Positions 12,621-25,128 of a stretch of 64,000 nt of DNA are shown one piece after another; position 1 is the first letter of the stretch, and each line of letters opens with the position of its first letter. A program made the position numbers and the translations under genes. This DNA is from Azolla caroliniana. Lineage: Eukaryota > Plantae > Polypodiophyta. The notes below the pieces were generated by a model. The model was given only the letters and a program-made list of their open reading frames with translations. It made no database searches and was not told where the DNA came from. The stretch spans positions 15,934,001 to 15,998,000 of the forward strand of contig JBHGNT010000010.1 of the NCBI GenBank assembly GCA_043228905.1, written 5' to 3'.

Positions 12621-13317
12621 CTTGGGGGACCCACCCCCCCCGGCCTTTCCTACCCGTTTATCTTACACCAGAACCTCGTAGTTTTGGCAAGCGGCTTCTA
12701 CGAAGCTCGTTTTCTCTTCGACCGGATCGTCCCATCCGGTGACCTCCTGGACCTGCTATTCCGTGCGGTCCGCCTCTTCCTTCTTCAGCTGAACTCCGGA
12801 GAAGCCTTCTAGCACTAGCGGCTAGAATCCGGAGTCCTTCACCTTTCGGGACTCGTTGTCGCGAAAATCCGTCACTAAGTACGGATCGTGAGACGGAACC
12901 GCCGGGATTCTGGACTAGAAGGATTTAGAGCAACATGTACAACACAAGCAAGTTTTAAGCATAAGACAAGTGGGAGAGACAAATCATTAGTTTATTGCAA
13001 AAGAAAAGCGATTTTTAATAATTTCAGAATTGTGTTACAATGGGTTGGGTATGGAAATGAGAGATTCATTTTTCAAATAAAGGAGCCAACAACCATGCAA
13101 GGAGTGGTTCGATATGAATACGAGAGATAATTCTTTACAAGAAAGATCAAGTCCCCAAAGCTAGGAGTTTGATATCAATATGTGAGATAATTTGTTTCTC
13201 GAAAACCCCGAGGGAAGAAGGAAGAGGGGAAAAAAAAAAAAAAACTAGTAGGGAAAAAATGGGACATATATCCAGCTCCTAGTTGATCCTCCCTCCCCAA
13301 TCTTACTTTGCATGCCC

Positions 13318-13437
13318 ACTTTTAGTTGTATGACCTCTATTTTTAGCTGCATGGCCTCTGCTTTTAGTTGCATGCTTCCATTTTTAGATGCATGCCTTTT
13401 ACTTTTAGTTGCATGGCCTTGGCTTTTGGTTGCATGC
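13318..13437. repeat. About six 21-bp tandem repeats (TTTTAGTTGCATG core) in the D LTR; second copy at 21007-21126
   Basis: Directly visible periodic repeat. Confidence 0.85.
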
Positions 13438-13489
13438 GATTGTCCGTATAATTCGGCCAAATGACCCAATCATCCATAAAGTTTAGCCC

Positions 13490-14630
13490 GTGCGCAATCC
13501 GTACGTGTGTCGCAACCAAACCGTAGACACGTCCGCGTGCAAAAGTCTCGACCGCGTAGTGTACGCATCCACGCATGCGCACGTTCCGACCGCGTCCTGT
13601 ACGCATGCGCGCGCTCATCACACATGCGTCCGCACACAAAAAGTCCCAATCGCGCCGCAATGTACGCATCCACGCTTACGCGCGTCCTGATTGCGGCGTG
13701 TATGCATCCGCACACCCGTCCGAAACGTCCACGCGATCGTGCATGCGTACGCACGAAACTTGCACACGCGCGTACATCCGAAGACGTCCACGTGGCCATG
13801 CACACGCGCATACGCCCGAAGCGTTAACATGACCGTGCATACGCACATACGCGCATACGCTCGAAGCATTAACACAACTGTGCATGCGCACATACGCGCA
13901 TACGACCGAAGCGTAATCATGGCCGTGCATACGCGTGTATGCTCGAAGCGTGCACACCACACAATGTAGCCCGACCGCGTAGTGTACGCATCCACGCATG
14001 CGCACGTCTTGACCGCGTCCTGTACGCATCCGCGCGCTCATCACACACGCGTCCGCACGCAAAAAGTCCAAACCGCACCGCAATGTACGCATCCACGCAT
14101 CCACACACTCGTCCGAAACGTCCACGCGATCGTGCACGCGTACGCCCGAAACTTGCACACGCGCTTACATCCGAAGACGTTGGCCATGCATACGCGCGTA
14201 TGCTCGAAGCGTGCACACCACACAATGTAGCCCGACCGCGTAGTGTACGCATCCACGCATGCGCACGTCCCGACCGCGTCTTGTACGCATCCGCGCGCTC
14301 ATCACACACGCATCCGCACGCAAAAAGTCCAAACCGCACCGCAATGTACGCATCCTGACTGCGGCGTGTACGCATCCACACACTCGTCCAAAACGTCCAC
14401 GCGATCGTGCACGCGTACGCCCGAAACTTGCACACGCGCGTACATCCGAAGACGTCCACGTGGCTATGCACACGCGTATATGCCCGAAGCGTTAACATGA
14501 CCGCGCATACGCACATACGCCCGAAGCATTAACACAACCGTGTATACGCACATACGCGCATACGCCCGAAGCGTAATTACGACAATGCATATGCGTGTAT
14601 GCTTGAAGCGTGCACACCACACAATGTAGC
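13490..14630. repeat. CpG-rich purine/pyrimidine-alternating higher-order tandem array in the D LTR; shorter copy at 21178-21690
   Basis: The anchor ACCGCGTAGTGTACGCATCCACGCATG recurs at ~13551, ~13975 and ~14235, but only once (~21239) in the other LTR. Confidence 0.9.
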
Positions 14631-14993
14631 CCAAGTCACCTTGAACATTTTATGTTCCACACATTGATAGAATGATTATATTTTGGTTTCCCTTATATAT
14701 CCTGGGTTCCAATGTTGTCCTATCTATGTGGGATATCTCACAGTTTTGTCTTTTCTTTCTTCTTCTTCAAACTTCACACTCACATAGCTTGATACTTGTT
14801 TATCCGTTTCATGCGTAGTAAAATACGCTATGAAACTCTTGAAGACACCTATCTATATGAATACATTAATCTAATATTAAATAATTATTTTACTAGTTTT
14901 CATATTGTGTGTGAAAACCACACGACATTCACCCCCACCAAACCTGCACATCCACCGGTATGTGCCAATTGTGGTGAGGTTCCTCTTTTTTAA

Positions 14994-17900
14994 TTACTCG
15001 TCGTCAACCTCGATGTTTGAGGATACATCATCTAGAGCTTCGATCTCAAGATTTGGGGCCTCTCTTCTCTTAAAGATCTTGATCCTCTTCCCTGCTATTG
15101 GCAAAGCAAGTCGAGTTCCATCTAACTTCGCTAAAAAATAGGTTGCATTGCTTTCTATTTTCTTGACCATATACAGGCCAAACCATCGTTTTGCGAACTT
15201 TCGAGTAGTGTTATATTGATTATCGAGACTACTATCATAGACAAGAACCCAATCTCCTTCTTCAAATTTTCTTTGTCGAGGACGATGCTTTCTATCGAAA
15301 TTCTCCTTGTTCTTCAATCGAGCTTGGCACAACCGTTCTATTGCCAATTCGACATCTTCGGGCCTCCGTTCTAGTTGTTGAATCCTCGTGGCTAGCAAGT
15401 CTTCCCGACTCATTTCCTCTTGCCATGGCAAAGATGCCCACGAAGCAACACTTTGCTCAATAGGCATTATTGGTTATTGGGCATATATCCCGTAGTCATG
15501 CTATGTGTAGTTCTATCTGCCCATAATGCATAAGGTAGTAATTGTGGCCAATTCCCCATCTTGCCGTCACAAGCCTTTGCTAGAGCTTTTACAATCGGAC
15601 TATGTCCTCGTTCCACCTTCCCATTTGCATTCGGGTTGTACGCCATGGTGAGCGATAATTTGACGCCTATTCTTGAAAAGAACTCTTTAGCTTCATTCGC
15701 ATCTAATTCTCCCCTATCGGCTACTATTTTGCCGACACATCCGTATCGACAAATAACATCTTCAAGGAGAAACTTACAAACCGCCGACGTTGTTTTATTC
15801 CTTAGCGCCCGTCCTTCTACTTGGTTGGTGAGATCCTCTCTTGCTAGCACGAGATATTTCATTTGCCCCAATCCCATTGGCATAACCACTATGTCTACCA
15901 ACCACTTATAGTGCATTGATAATGGATATGTTGGATGAAGTTCATCCCTATGATGAATATTCGAGTATAATTGGCATTGCTCACATGTTTCAACATAGCT
16001 TGCTAAATCTTTGTAAACACCCGGCCACCAATACTTCTCCTTGAGCTTTGCAAATGTTGCCCATATACCACGATGACCTGCCCACACACTATCATGAAAT
16101 TCAGCAATTAGTGTTTGTTGATCCTGTTTCTTGCACACCACTCGAAGTGGAGTTCCATTCTTCTTCTTCGGAAACTTCCATAGATGTCCTTCTTTGAGGA
16201 AGAACTTGTAGGCCTTCTTCCTAATTTGGTAGAAGTCTTCCTTTGACCATGATTCATCTTTTGTAAGAGCTTAAGTATTTGCCAATTTCGATGAATTCAC
16301 CCTCATAATCTTCTACTTTGAACACTGCTAGCACCTGAGCACAAGAAACCGTAAAGAAGTTTAGGCCAACATCCTCTTCGTCGGAGTGCAAATCTTCTTC
16401 ACCCTCATACCTCGCCCTTGACAACATATCGGCCACCACATTATGCTTCCCATTTATATGCCGAATCTTGGGGTTGAGGGACTTTATATAGGCAATCCAT
16501 CGCAGCATAGCAATATCTGGTGTAGCACAACCGGATATCATTCCGAGAATAGGTAGACAGTCGGTTTCGATTATGACCTCTGTTCCTATAAGGTAGTCAC
16601 GATTAGTTTTAACCGCCGATACTATTCCCCATAGCTCTCTCTTTACTTGGGCATACTTCCTTTGTCTTTCGGTTAACACCTTCGCACCGAATCAGATTGC
16701 ATACCGATTCTTTTCTTTGTCTTCTTGGTTTATCACCCATCCAATTCCGGTTGGGCTCGTATCCACCGTCACATATATCGGGGTACCATCGGTGTAGTCG
16801 GCTTTGCGTAGTGTTGGAGCTTCCAATAATAGTTTCTTTAGCTTTCGAATCGCGTAGGTATGCTCATCTTCCCATTCAAACTTCTTCCTTTTCTTTAGTA
16901 GTCAATACAATGGTTCAGCGACATGGGCATAATGTGGAATCCATATGTGATAGAATGCACATGCTCTCGAGAATCTACGCACCTTCGTTTGAGACACACA
17001 TTCTTCTTTCATCTCTTGAATAGCGTTCACCTTCGATGGAGATGGCTTCCGGCCATAAGACCCACATAAGTGTCCTACTACCAATATTTCTGGTTGACCG
17101 AATGCAGACTTCTCTCCCAAAAGCGTGAGATTCGCATCCTCAAGCTTTTGCAACACCTTCTCGCTATCCTTTATATGATCGATGACGAATCTTCGGCAAC
17201 CATCTTCATCTTTCGATTCATCTTTCTCTTCCATCAAGCATCCTTTGATTGGAATGTCATCTAAGAAGGGCATTGTGATATCGGGGATGCAATCCCTCAA
17301 CACTTTATTCATGGCATTCACCATGTGGGCTACGGAATTTGTTGCACCTTGGGGTAAGGTGCACATCCTTACCAACCCGATCAGCGTCCTCATTGTTGTT
17401 ATGTCTCTACTATCGACGGCCAATTGAAATTGATCATAGCCCGAGTAGAGATCTCCAATGGAATAGATCGATCTTCCCGCGAAGGCTTCAACAAATTCAT
17501 CCACGCGTGGACCAATTCCGGCATTTCGGATCGTCACCTTGTTGACGGGTTGGAGATCTTGTATAAAGCGTAAGGACCCGTTCTTCTTCGGCACCGTAAA
17601 CCATCTATTAGAGTAGGGAGCATTGGATGGCTCAAGAATTCCCATCCTAACCTTTTCCTTTAGAAGCTCAATCAACTTTGGAATGTGAGCTCTTGGAACC
17701 GGTATCGGCTTGAGGTTCCAAGGTACATGTGGCACCGTAAAAATCACCATCGGCTCTATCATCTTCGGGTCGGCACATCCAATCTCTTGTGGAGAGAAGG
17801 CAAAGGCTTTCCCATGTCTCTCAAGCATTCCGCGGAACATTCTCTCCTCTTCGGGGAGAAGGAAATCTTCCCTTCCAACTTGTAGCTTTCCTTTCGTCTC

Positions 17901-18431
17901 TTTGGTGAAGACATGACCTATTGCCTTTGGATCCCTTAAGCTCGGATCATTGGCAACTTCTTTCATCTTCTGCTAGCTATCTTCCGGTAGCAGAACCGCA
18001 ACTGGCTTGATCTTCTTATCTACCGTTTTATATTTTGTGTTGACTTTAGCTTCCTCCATCAAGATGCCTCGATGATATTCATCGATGATAGTGTACATGT
18101 TGACAAAGTTAACCGAAATCACATTTTGATCGTGAGGGTAGCTCAAGTCCACGACTTCCTCGATTTCGCCGATGGTGTCGTTAAATGAGACTTCCTCTAG
18201 AATATGAGACACAAATTCTTCTTCTTTGATTATTCTTTCTTCTTTCAACATCTTCTCAAAATCTTGTATCCGACACTTGTCCTTCTTGTTGAGTAGTGTA
18301 AGTTTACATGCGCCACTAGGTGTCACACATGTTGCTTCTCCTTGCGATCCACTTATTTCGCTTCCTTGTGGGGACTTATGATTGCTCGGACTATTTGTGC
18401 CCCATGCTTCAATAGTCCGCTCTAAAAATCC
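14994..18431 (-). pseudogene. Element D ORF2: RT-RNase H-integrase (stops and frameshifts)
   Basis: RFIQDLQPVN, DLYSGYDQF, LPQG, FLDD, ETDCLP, HDSVWAGH..CEQC, DRGE, WFG; no chromodomain. Confidence 0.9.
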
Positions 18432-20546
18432 AAGGATTCGCATCCAAGGCTATCTCTGTTCCTTTTATGATTAGGCCGCATCGTAAGGAATTGAACAGAT
18501 CTTTGATTGTCAAGGCTCTTGACTCGCGCGAAGGCCGCTCCATTATCGAACACCTTAGTCTCCATCCGGGACGATGTGATATATGGTTGTCCTAGGATGA
18601 CAGGATGTGAAGCTGAGTCTTGCACGAAGAAGTGTGGATCCATCTCCACATCTCCGATTGTGACTTCTGTGGCCTTCGTTGCCGCTCGTATCTTCCATCC
18701 GTGGTTTGTATTGATCGGCCATCTTCCTTTCTTGTAGAATTCGGTCGACATGAGGTTGATCTCTGAACCATGGTCAATCAAGGCTACCACAGTCTCCTTC
18801 TTCTCTCCGATCTTCACCGGCGTCTCCGTTGTCGCTCTTGCCCAATGAGGCCGAGAGTAATGGTTGTCCGCCATCACTTCTTCTTCCTCCTCCTCTTCGG
18901 ATCTTGCCATGGTTATGGCACTTTTTTTCACCTCTTCTTCATCCGATTGTTGCCGCTTCCGCTTAATCAAGTCCACGATAGTATCGTGGAACTCCTTAGA
19001 GATCCCAAGTAGCTCTCTCAAAGTAAGGTCGACATGACTGTCTAAAACCTACTCCTCAAGAACCTTCTGCAAGTTGGTTGTTTGTTCTATGTCCGACCTT
19101 AGCTTGTAAGTCGGCGCCACTCGTTCCTTTCCTTTCTTCACAGATTCATCGACTTCCATCCGAGAAGGTTGGCTCGATCCACCGAGCTTCCTACTTGTTT
19201 CTCCTATCTCTTTTCGTGGCGTAGGTTGGGCTTGTCCTTCTTTCCCTGCATTCCTTGTATTATGACGCTTTGATGTGCCATCTTCTTCACCGGTTGTTTT
19301 CCTCTTCTCTTCAACAAGAGCTTCATAGTTGTCACACACAACCTCCGCAAAGCTTGTGTTATCGTCAACTGGATCCGACCATCCGGTAACTCATCGCACA
19401 TTCCGATCAACATGTTTTAGATCCTCCAAATCTATTTTTCCTTTCATTTCACACTCGAATACCATTGGCCAAAACCCAACTCCCGGCTTGATCGTCTTTA
19501 GATTCTCTCTTCCGACTCGTATTCCTGCCGATGCGGCGTAGTGCATGGCTTCCACATGCCTTGCATCTTCCTCTTCCACGATCTTTTTCAGCCCGCCTCT
19601 TCCGAAGTTCACTCGAGTGGATCATGTTGCCGTCCAAATAAACGACATTCTTGCGAATCGTATCTTGCAAGTCAGTGCACTCCCTTCGTGAGTGCTCGAA
19701 ATTGTCGCACCACACACATCTATACCACAAATTTCCCTTCGGCCCGCGTCGACCTAAGTTGGCCAGCGATACCACTTCAAACTTCTTGGAGAGCTCTTCG
19801 ATTATAGATTCCTCCATCGCTTTCTTGTCGAAATTGTTGATCGGCTTGTTAGACTCAATCATCACAGGTGCCTTCCTCCATGATTGTGGATTCTCCGTAT
19901 CAGTTTCCTCTTGCCATTGTCGACGCTTGTCAAGATGGCTACAAGCCTTCTTCACCATCGCCCAATCCGCTACCAAGCCATTCGGTTGTGTTTCGTCCTC
20001 CAAAAAGTTGCCCAATTCTCGCCGATCTTTTGCATCCACTGCCTTTAGGAATAGTAGGACTTTATCTCCATTGAGAACTCGTTAATCAATACTCGGAAGT
20101 CGGTTGTCCTTTTGGTCGAATTTGGCATATACTCTAGACGCACACATATTCTTCCCTTTCTTCTCGATCCAAGACATTAGCGTATGTCGAGTCATCCGCG
20201 ATGCGTCTTCAAGCATGTATTCGGCGAGAAGTGCCTTTTTGAACTCCGCCCAAGTTGCATGCTCAATTTGGATCTCCATGATGCGCTCGCAGATCCGTGG
20301 TTCCACCACACGTTTGAAGCTAGAAAGTTGTTTGAGATCGTTGACATCCCTTTGTTGCATCTCGTTCCGATAGGTAGCAAGAAAATCCGTGATGTTCTTG
20401 CCACCAAATCGTCCAGCTATCTCGACCATACGATCAACAACTTTGTCAATTAAAGCTTCTCGATCTCTCACCTTCAGCATGTATTCCACTACGGACACCA
20501 TACCTTTCGTTAATTCCTCTCCTTGAGTTCCGCTTGTTGAAGCCAT
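18422..20546 (-). pseudogene. Element D ORF1: gag plus protease (stops, one frameshift)
   Basis: CVWCDNFEHSRREC knuckle; ALIDHGSEINLM and VILGQPY are in the same frame as the gag C-terminus; ends DF*. Confidence 0.85.
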
Positions 20547-20576
20547 TGTGCACTTGATATCCTTCCTACCGCCTCT

Positions 20577-20594
20577 TTCACGTCGGGTTCACCA
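20577..20594 (-). other. Primer binding site complementary to the tRNA-Trp 3' end
   Basis: TGGTGAACCCGACGTGAA matches the plant cytosolic tRNA-Trp 3' end as I recall it; variants occur at 23114-23131 (C) and 29620-29637 (E). Confidence 0.8.
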
Positions 20595-20602
20595 CTTAAT
20601 TA

Positions 20603-21986
20603 TGTCACAAAAATCCGTCACTATGTGCGGATCGTGAGACGGAACCGTCGGGGTTCTGAACTAGAAGGATTTAGAGCAACATGTACAACACAAGCAAGTT
20701 TTAAGCATAAGACAAGTGGGAGAGACAATGGGTTGGGTATGGAAATGAGAGATTCATTTTTCAAAGAAAGGAGCCAACAACCATGCAAGGAGTGGTCTGA
20801 TATGAATACGAGAGATAATTCTTTACAATAAAAATCGAGTCCCCAAAACTAGGAGTTTGATATCAATATGTGAGATAATTTATTTCTCGAAAACCCCGAG
20901 GGAAGAAGAAGGAAGAAGGGAAAAAAAAAAAACTAGTAGGTAAAAAATGGGACATATATCCAGCTCTTCGTTGATCCTCCCTCCCCAATGTTACTTTGCA
21001 TGCCCACTTTTAGTTGTATGGCCTCTATTTTTAGTTGCATGGCCTCTACTTTTAGTTGCATGCTTCCATTTTTAGCTGCATGCCTTTTACTTTTAGTTGC
21101 ATGGCCTTGGCTTTTGGTTGCATGCGATTGTCCGTATAATTCGGCCAAATGACCCAATCATCCATAAAGTTTAGCCCGTGCGCAATCCGTACGTGCTTCG
21201 CAACCAAACCGTAGACGCATCCGCGCGCAAAAGTCTCGACCGCGTAGTGTACGCATCCACGCATGTGCACGTCCCGACCGCGTCCTGTACGCATCCGCGC
21301 GCTCATTCGGAGACACGCGTCTGCATGCAAAAAGTCCCAACTACGCTGCAATGTACACATCCGCGCGCATGTGCATGCGTACGCCCGTAACTTGCACACG
21401 CGGGCACATCCGAAGATGTCCACGTGGCCATGCACACGCGCATACGCCCGAAGCGTTAACACAACCGTGCATACACACACACGCGCATACGCACACACGC
21501 CCAAAGCGTTACACGCGCGCACATCCGAAGATGTCCACGTGGCCATGCACACGCACATATGCCCGAAGCGTTAACACAACCGTGCATACACACACACGCG
21601 CATATGCACACACGCGCATACGCCCAAACCATAACCACGACCGTGCGTACGTGCGTATGCTCGAAACGTGCACACCACACAATGTAGCCCAAGTCACCTT
21701 GAACATTCTGTGTTCTACACATTGATAGAATGATTATATTTTGGTTTCCCTTATATATCCTGGGTTCCAATGTTGTCCTATCTATGTGGGATATCTCACA
21801 GTTTTGTCTTTTCTTTCTTCTTCTTCAAACTTCACACTCATATAACTTGATACTTGTTTATCCGTTTCATGCGTAGTAAAATACGCTATGAAACTCTTGA
21901 AGACACCTATCTATATGAATACATTAAGCTAATATTAAATAATTATTTTACTAGTTTTCATATTGTGTGTGAAAAACCACACGACA
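20603..21986 (-). repeat. Element D 5' LTR (1384 bp)
   Basis: TGTCA...CGACA, adjacent to the PBS. Confidence 0.92.
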
Positions 21987-23135
21987 TCGTCACCCCCGAC
22001 CCGGATTCCCGCCGACACTGAATAGGTAACGGTTTCTACATGCCGTGCCGCGGCCTCTTCCATCAACCTCTTCATTCCGCTGCGCCCCGTATTCAGTTCT
22101 AGGGCTCTCCGGGTCTCACTCGCGTGCACCCGCCTGTTCCAGAGGTACATGACGTTGGTCCTGAGCGCGTCAGCAAAATCCGTGCAATCCTTCCGAATGT
22201 GACCGATCACGTCACACCACATGCACCGCTGCCTAGCCGGCGGCCTCCGGTCGCGAGGATGTTCGCCGCTGTCTCTCCGTGCCTGTGCGATCTGTAGGTC
22301 GCGCACCATCTATTTCAACTCCTCCGAAGCCGCTCCTCCGGATGGGCCTCTGACCACGTCGTTCAATGCCGACCCCGACTCCAGCCAAATTCGGGTCTCT
22401 TGCTTCCTACCGGCTGGCACCGATATCGGCTCCTCGAGCCTCCTCGCCAGGACCGGCCCCGACCCAGACGAGCTTTCGTCTCTCCATTCGCGCCGTTTGT
22501 CGAAACGGCTGCAAACCCATTTTACCATGGCCCAGTCCGCGGTGAGCCCTTCGTCCGTTTCCAATAGGGGACCCACCTTTTCCTTGTCGAGCGCGTCCAC
22601 CGACTTGACAAACAGTAGTACCCGACTCGTTTTGAGCACGGTTCGGTCCAACGTCGACAGCCGCGCGAACCATTTTTCGAACTCCAAGGGGAGCGCCAAC
22701 GTGTTCCTCCCTTTTCCGGGGCTTTCCACCCACGCCATGAAGTCCCGCCTCGATAGCCGAAGCGAGTCGTCAAACCCGTACTTCTTGAGGAGCTGCAGCT
22801 CGAACTCCTCCCAAGTCTGCCACCCGACCAACACCTCGAGCACCTCCGCGTGGATGCTCGGAGTCACCACCCGAGGAAATCCGGACAACCGCCTGTCCAC
22901 CAGGATATCCCTCATGATCATTTCGGCCCAGTAAGCCTCCAAATAACTTGTGGCGTCTTTCCCTCCGAACCGGCCTATAGTGCCGACGATCGATTCGATG
23001 GCTTTGTCGAGGGTACCTGTCCCGTCACAAGCGCTTACCAGCCGGTCGACGGCTACGGCCATTGCCTCTACTAGCTTCGATCCCCTCATCTTTCGACTCC
23101 TTTTGCCGCCCTGTTCATGTCAGGTTCACCAAATA

Positions 23136-23197
23136 TGTCACGAAGTTTTGCGTTCACGTGTAGAAAGAGGCGGGAGCACGAGGGCCTTGAACCGAGG

Positions 23198-23251
<54 letters not shown>

Positions 23252-23861
23252 CTTGTAGACACGCAACAGAAAGAAGGAAAGAGAAACAAACGGCACACTT
23301 AATTGCAGTAACAGTAGATTACAATATTCAGAGATTGCAAACTCTAACGGTTACAACCGGCCACCCGGTAATGGACCCGACACGGGGTCCTACTCACGCA
23401 CATCGACGACAGCCACACGACTCGAAGAAACAAAGGGGAAAAGGCAAGAGAGAGACTCTGCCGGAAGCACACGGGCTGTCCACGAAGCAGAGGCAATAAA
23501 CTCCCGACACCCGCAGAGAACGACGATTGGAGGAGAGAGAGCTTGGCACTCGGTTCTGCAGCAGCACTTCGTCCTCGCCAACGCGTGATATCTCTATCTT
23601 CCTTCTCTCCCTCCTTAAATCGTTCGCAAAAAGGGGGGGTGCCCCCTTTCTCCCTAGTCAAATCACTTTATTCCCTGTCCCTTTTGACAAAGATACGCAC
23701 AATCCCCTAATAAATGTGTACTACTTAGTATTTACATCAGTCGATCCATTTATGAATCATGTACAAAATCTCAAAATCTCAATTCACGCGTCCATCCGTG
23801 TAAGAGCCGGTCCATGCGCCCTTTTCTCTGATTCCGCCTATGGTCGGTTTTCTTCACGACA
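23136..23861 (-). repeat. Element C 5' LTR (726 bp)
   Basis: TGTCA...CGACA; matches 5757-5887 plus 10279-10853; contains (GA)n. Confidence 0.9.
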
Positions 23862-25128
23862 CCGCTTGATACTCACTTGGATTGCGCTAAGCGAGTTCTA
23901 CGATACGTGAGCGGCTCAATGGACTGTGGCATCCTCTACAAGACCACGATGCTAATACGACTCGAGGGGTACACAAACGCCGATTGGGCCAGCTACAAAG
24001 CCGATAGAAGATCAACCTGCGGATTGGTTTTCTCCCTCGGCAGCGGAGCAATATCCTAGAGCAACAAAAAGCAACCGACCGTCGCTCTTTCGAGCACAGA
24101 GCCGGAATATAGGGGCGTAGCCGTATCTGCGTATGAAGCCGTATGGCTCAAGAGGATTTTGAAGGATCTGGGCGTATCCATCATCGGGAGCCAACTCAAT
24201 ATCGGCAACTCATCGGGAGTCTCATCTACCTCACGATCACTGACCCGATCTCAGTTATCTGGTCGGTCTCCTTAGCCAATTCATGCAAACACCGTGTGAT
24301 ACTCACTTGGATTGCGCTAAGCGAGTTCTACGCTATGTGAGCGGCACAATGGATTGCGGCATCCTCTACAAGACCGCGATCCCAATACGACTTGAGGGGT
24401 ACACAGACGCCGATTGGACCGGCTACAAAGCAGATAGAAGATCAACCTCTGGATTTGTTTTCTCCCTCGGCAGTAGAGCAATATCCTGGAGTAGCAAGAA
24501 GCCGCCTACCGTCGCTCTTTCGAGTACAGAGGCAGATTACAAGGGCGCAGCCGTAGCTGCGTGTGAAGCAGTATGGCTCAAGAGGATTTTGAAGGATCTG
24601 GGCGTACCCATCAAGGATCCGGCTCCCCTTTACTGTGACAACATGAGCAGTATGTATTTGGCTCGGAACCCGGTGTTCCAAGCGCGGACAAAGCACATCG
24701 AAGTGCACTATCACTTCATCCGAGAGCGTGTTCTAGCTGGCGATGTCGACCTACAACACATTAGCACCAATCTTCAAATGGCCAACATCTTCACTAAAGC
24801 ATTAGGGGCCGACAAGCTATGGCAATTCATGACCGATCTCGGCTTGATGATCCCTGACCTGCCAAGCTTGAGGGGGAGTACTGAAGACATTACGCCAAAC
24901 CGCGCACATTACGCAACGCCGCGAAGAGCTGATCTACCGCGCAAAGCCACGAAGAAAGACGCAAGCTGAAGCACAGACTTCGCAACTACGCCCAACGCAA
25001 GCTGGAACACGGATTCTGCAACTCCGCATAAAGGCGAGTCAACGCGAGTCGACACGGACTCCGGAATGCGACTCGAAGCGGATTTCAGATACCGTATGAA
25101 ACTGACCCGACTTGAGCTTGAGGGGGCG

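Larger units (their letters stand above)
12857..14927 (-). repeat. Element D 3' LTR (2071 bp)
   Basis: TGTCG...CGACA; matches 20603-21986 apart from the repeat array and a ~55-bp indel. Confidence 0.92.
12857..21986 (-). mobile_element. Element D: full-length non-chromovirus Ty3/Gypsy (Phygy/Selgy-like) inserted in C gag
   Basis: LTRs 12857-14927 and 20603-21986; 4-bp TSD TCGT (the empty site restores GIRVGGDESRKVKDSGF); PBS 20577-20594; PPT 14928-14944. Confidence 0.93.
5757..23861 (-). mobile_element. Element C: non-chromovirus Ty3/Gypsy (Phygy/Selgy-like), internally deleted; hosts D and F
   Basis: 5' LTR 23136-23861; 3' LTR 5757-5887 plus 10279-10853; 4-bp TSD CCGC; tRNA-Trp-type PBS 23114-23131; PPT 10854-10866. 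gag at 23089-21987 and 12856-12630 (CMWCDVIGHIRKDC); RH end and IN at 12620-10923. Confidence 0.9.

Noticed and set aside
13245-14516. Many overlapping ORFs, and a CRISPR-like appearance, in the D LTR array (also 20933-21770)
   Set aside because: These are stop-poor low-complexity repeats with no unique spacers, no cas genes and no protein motifs.
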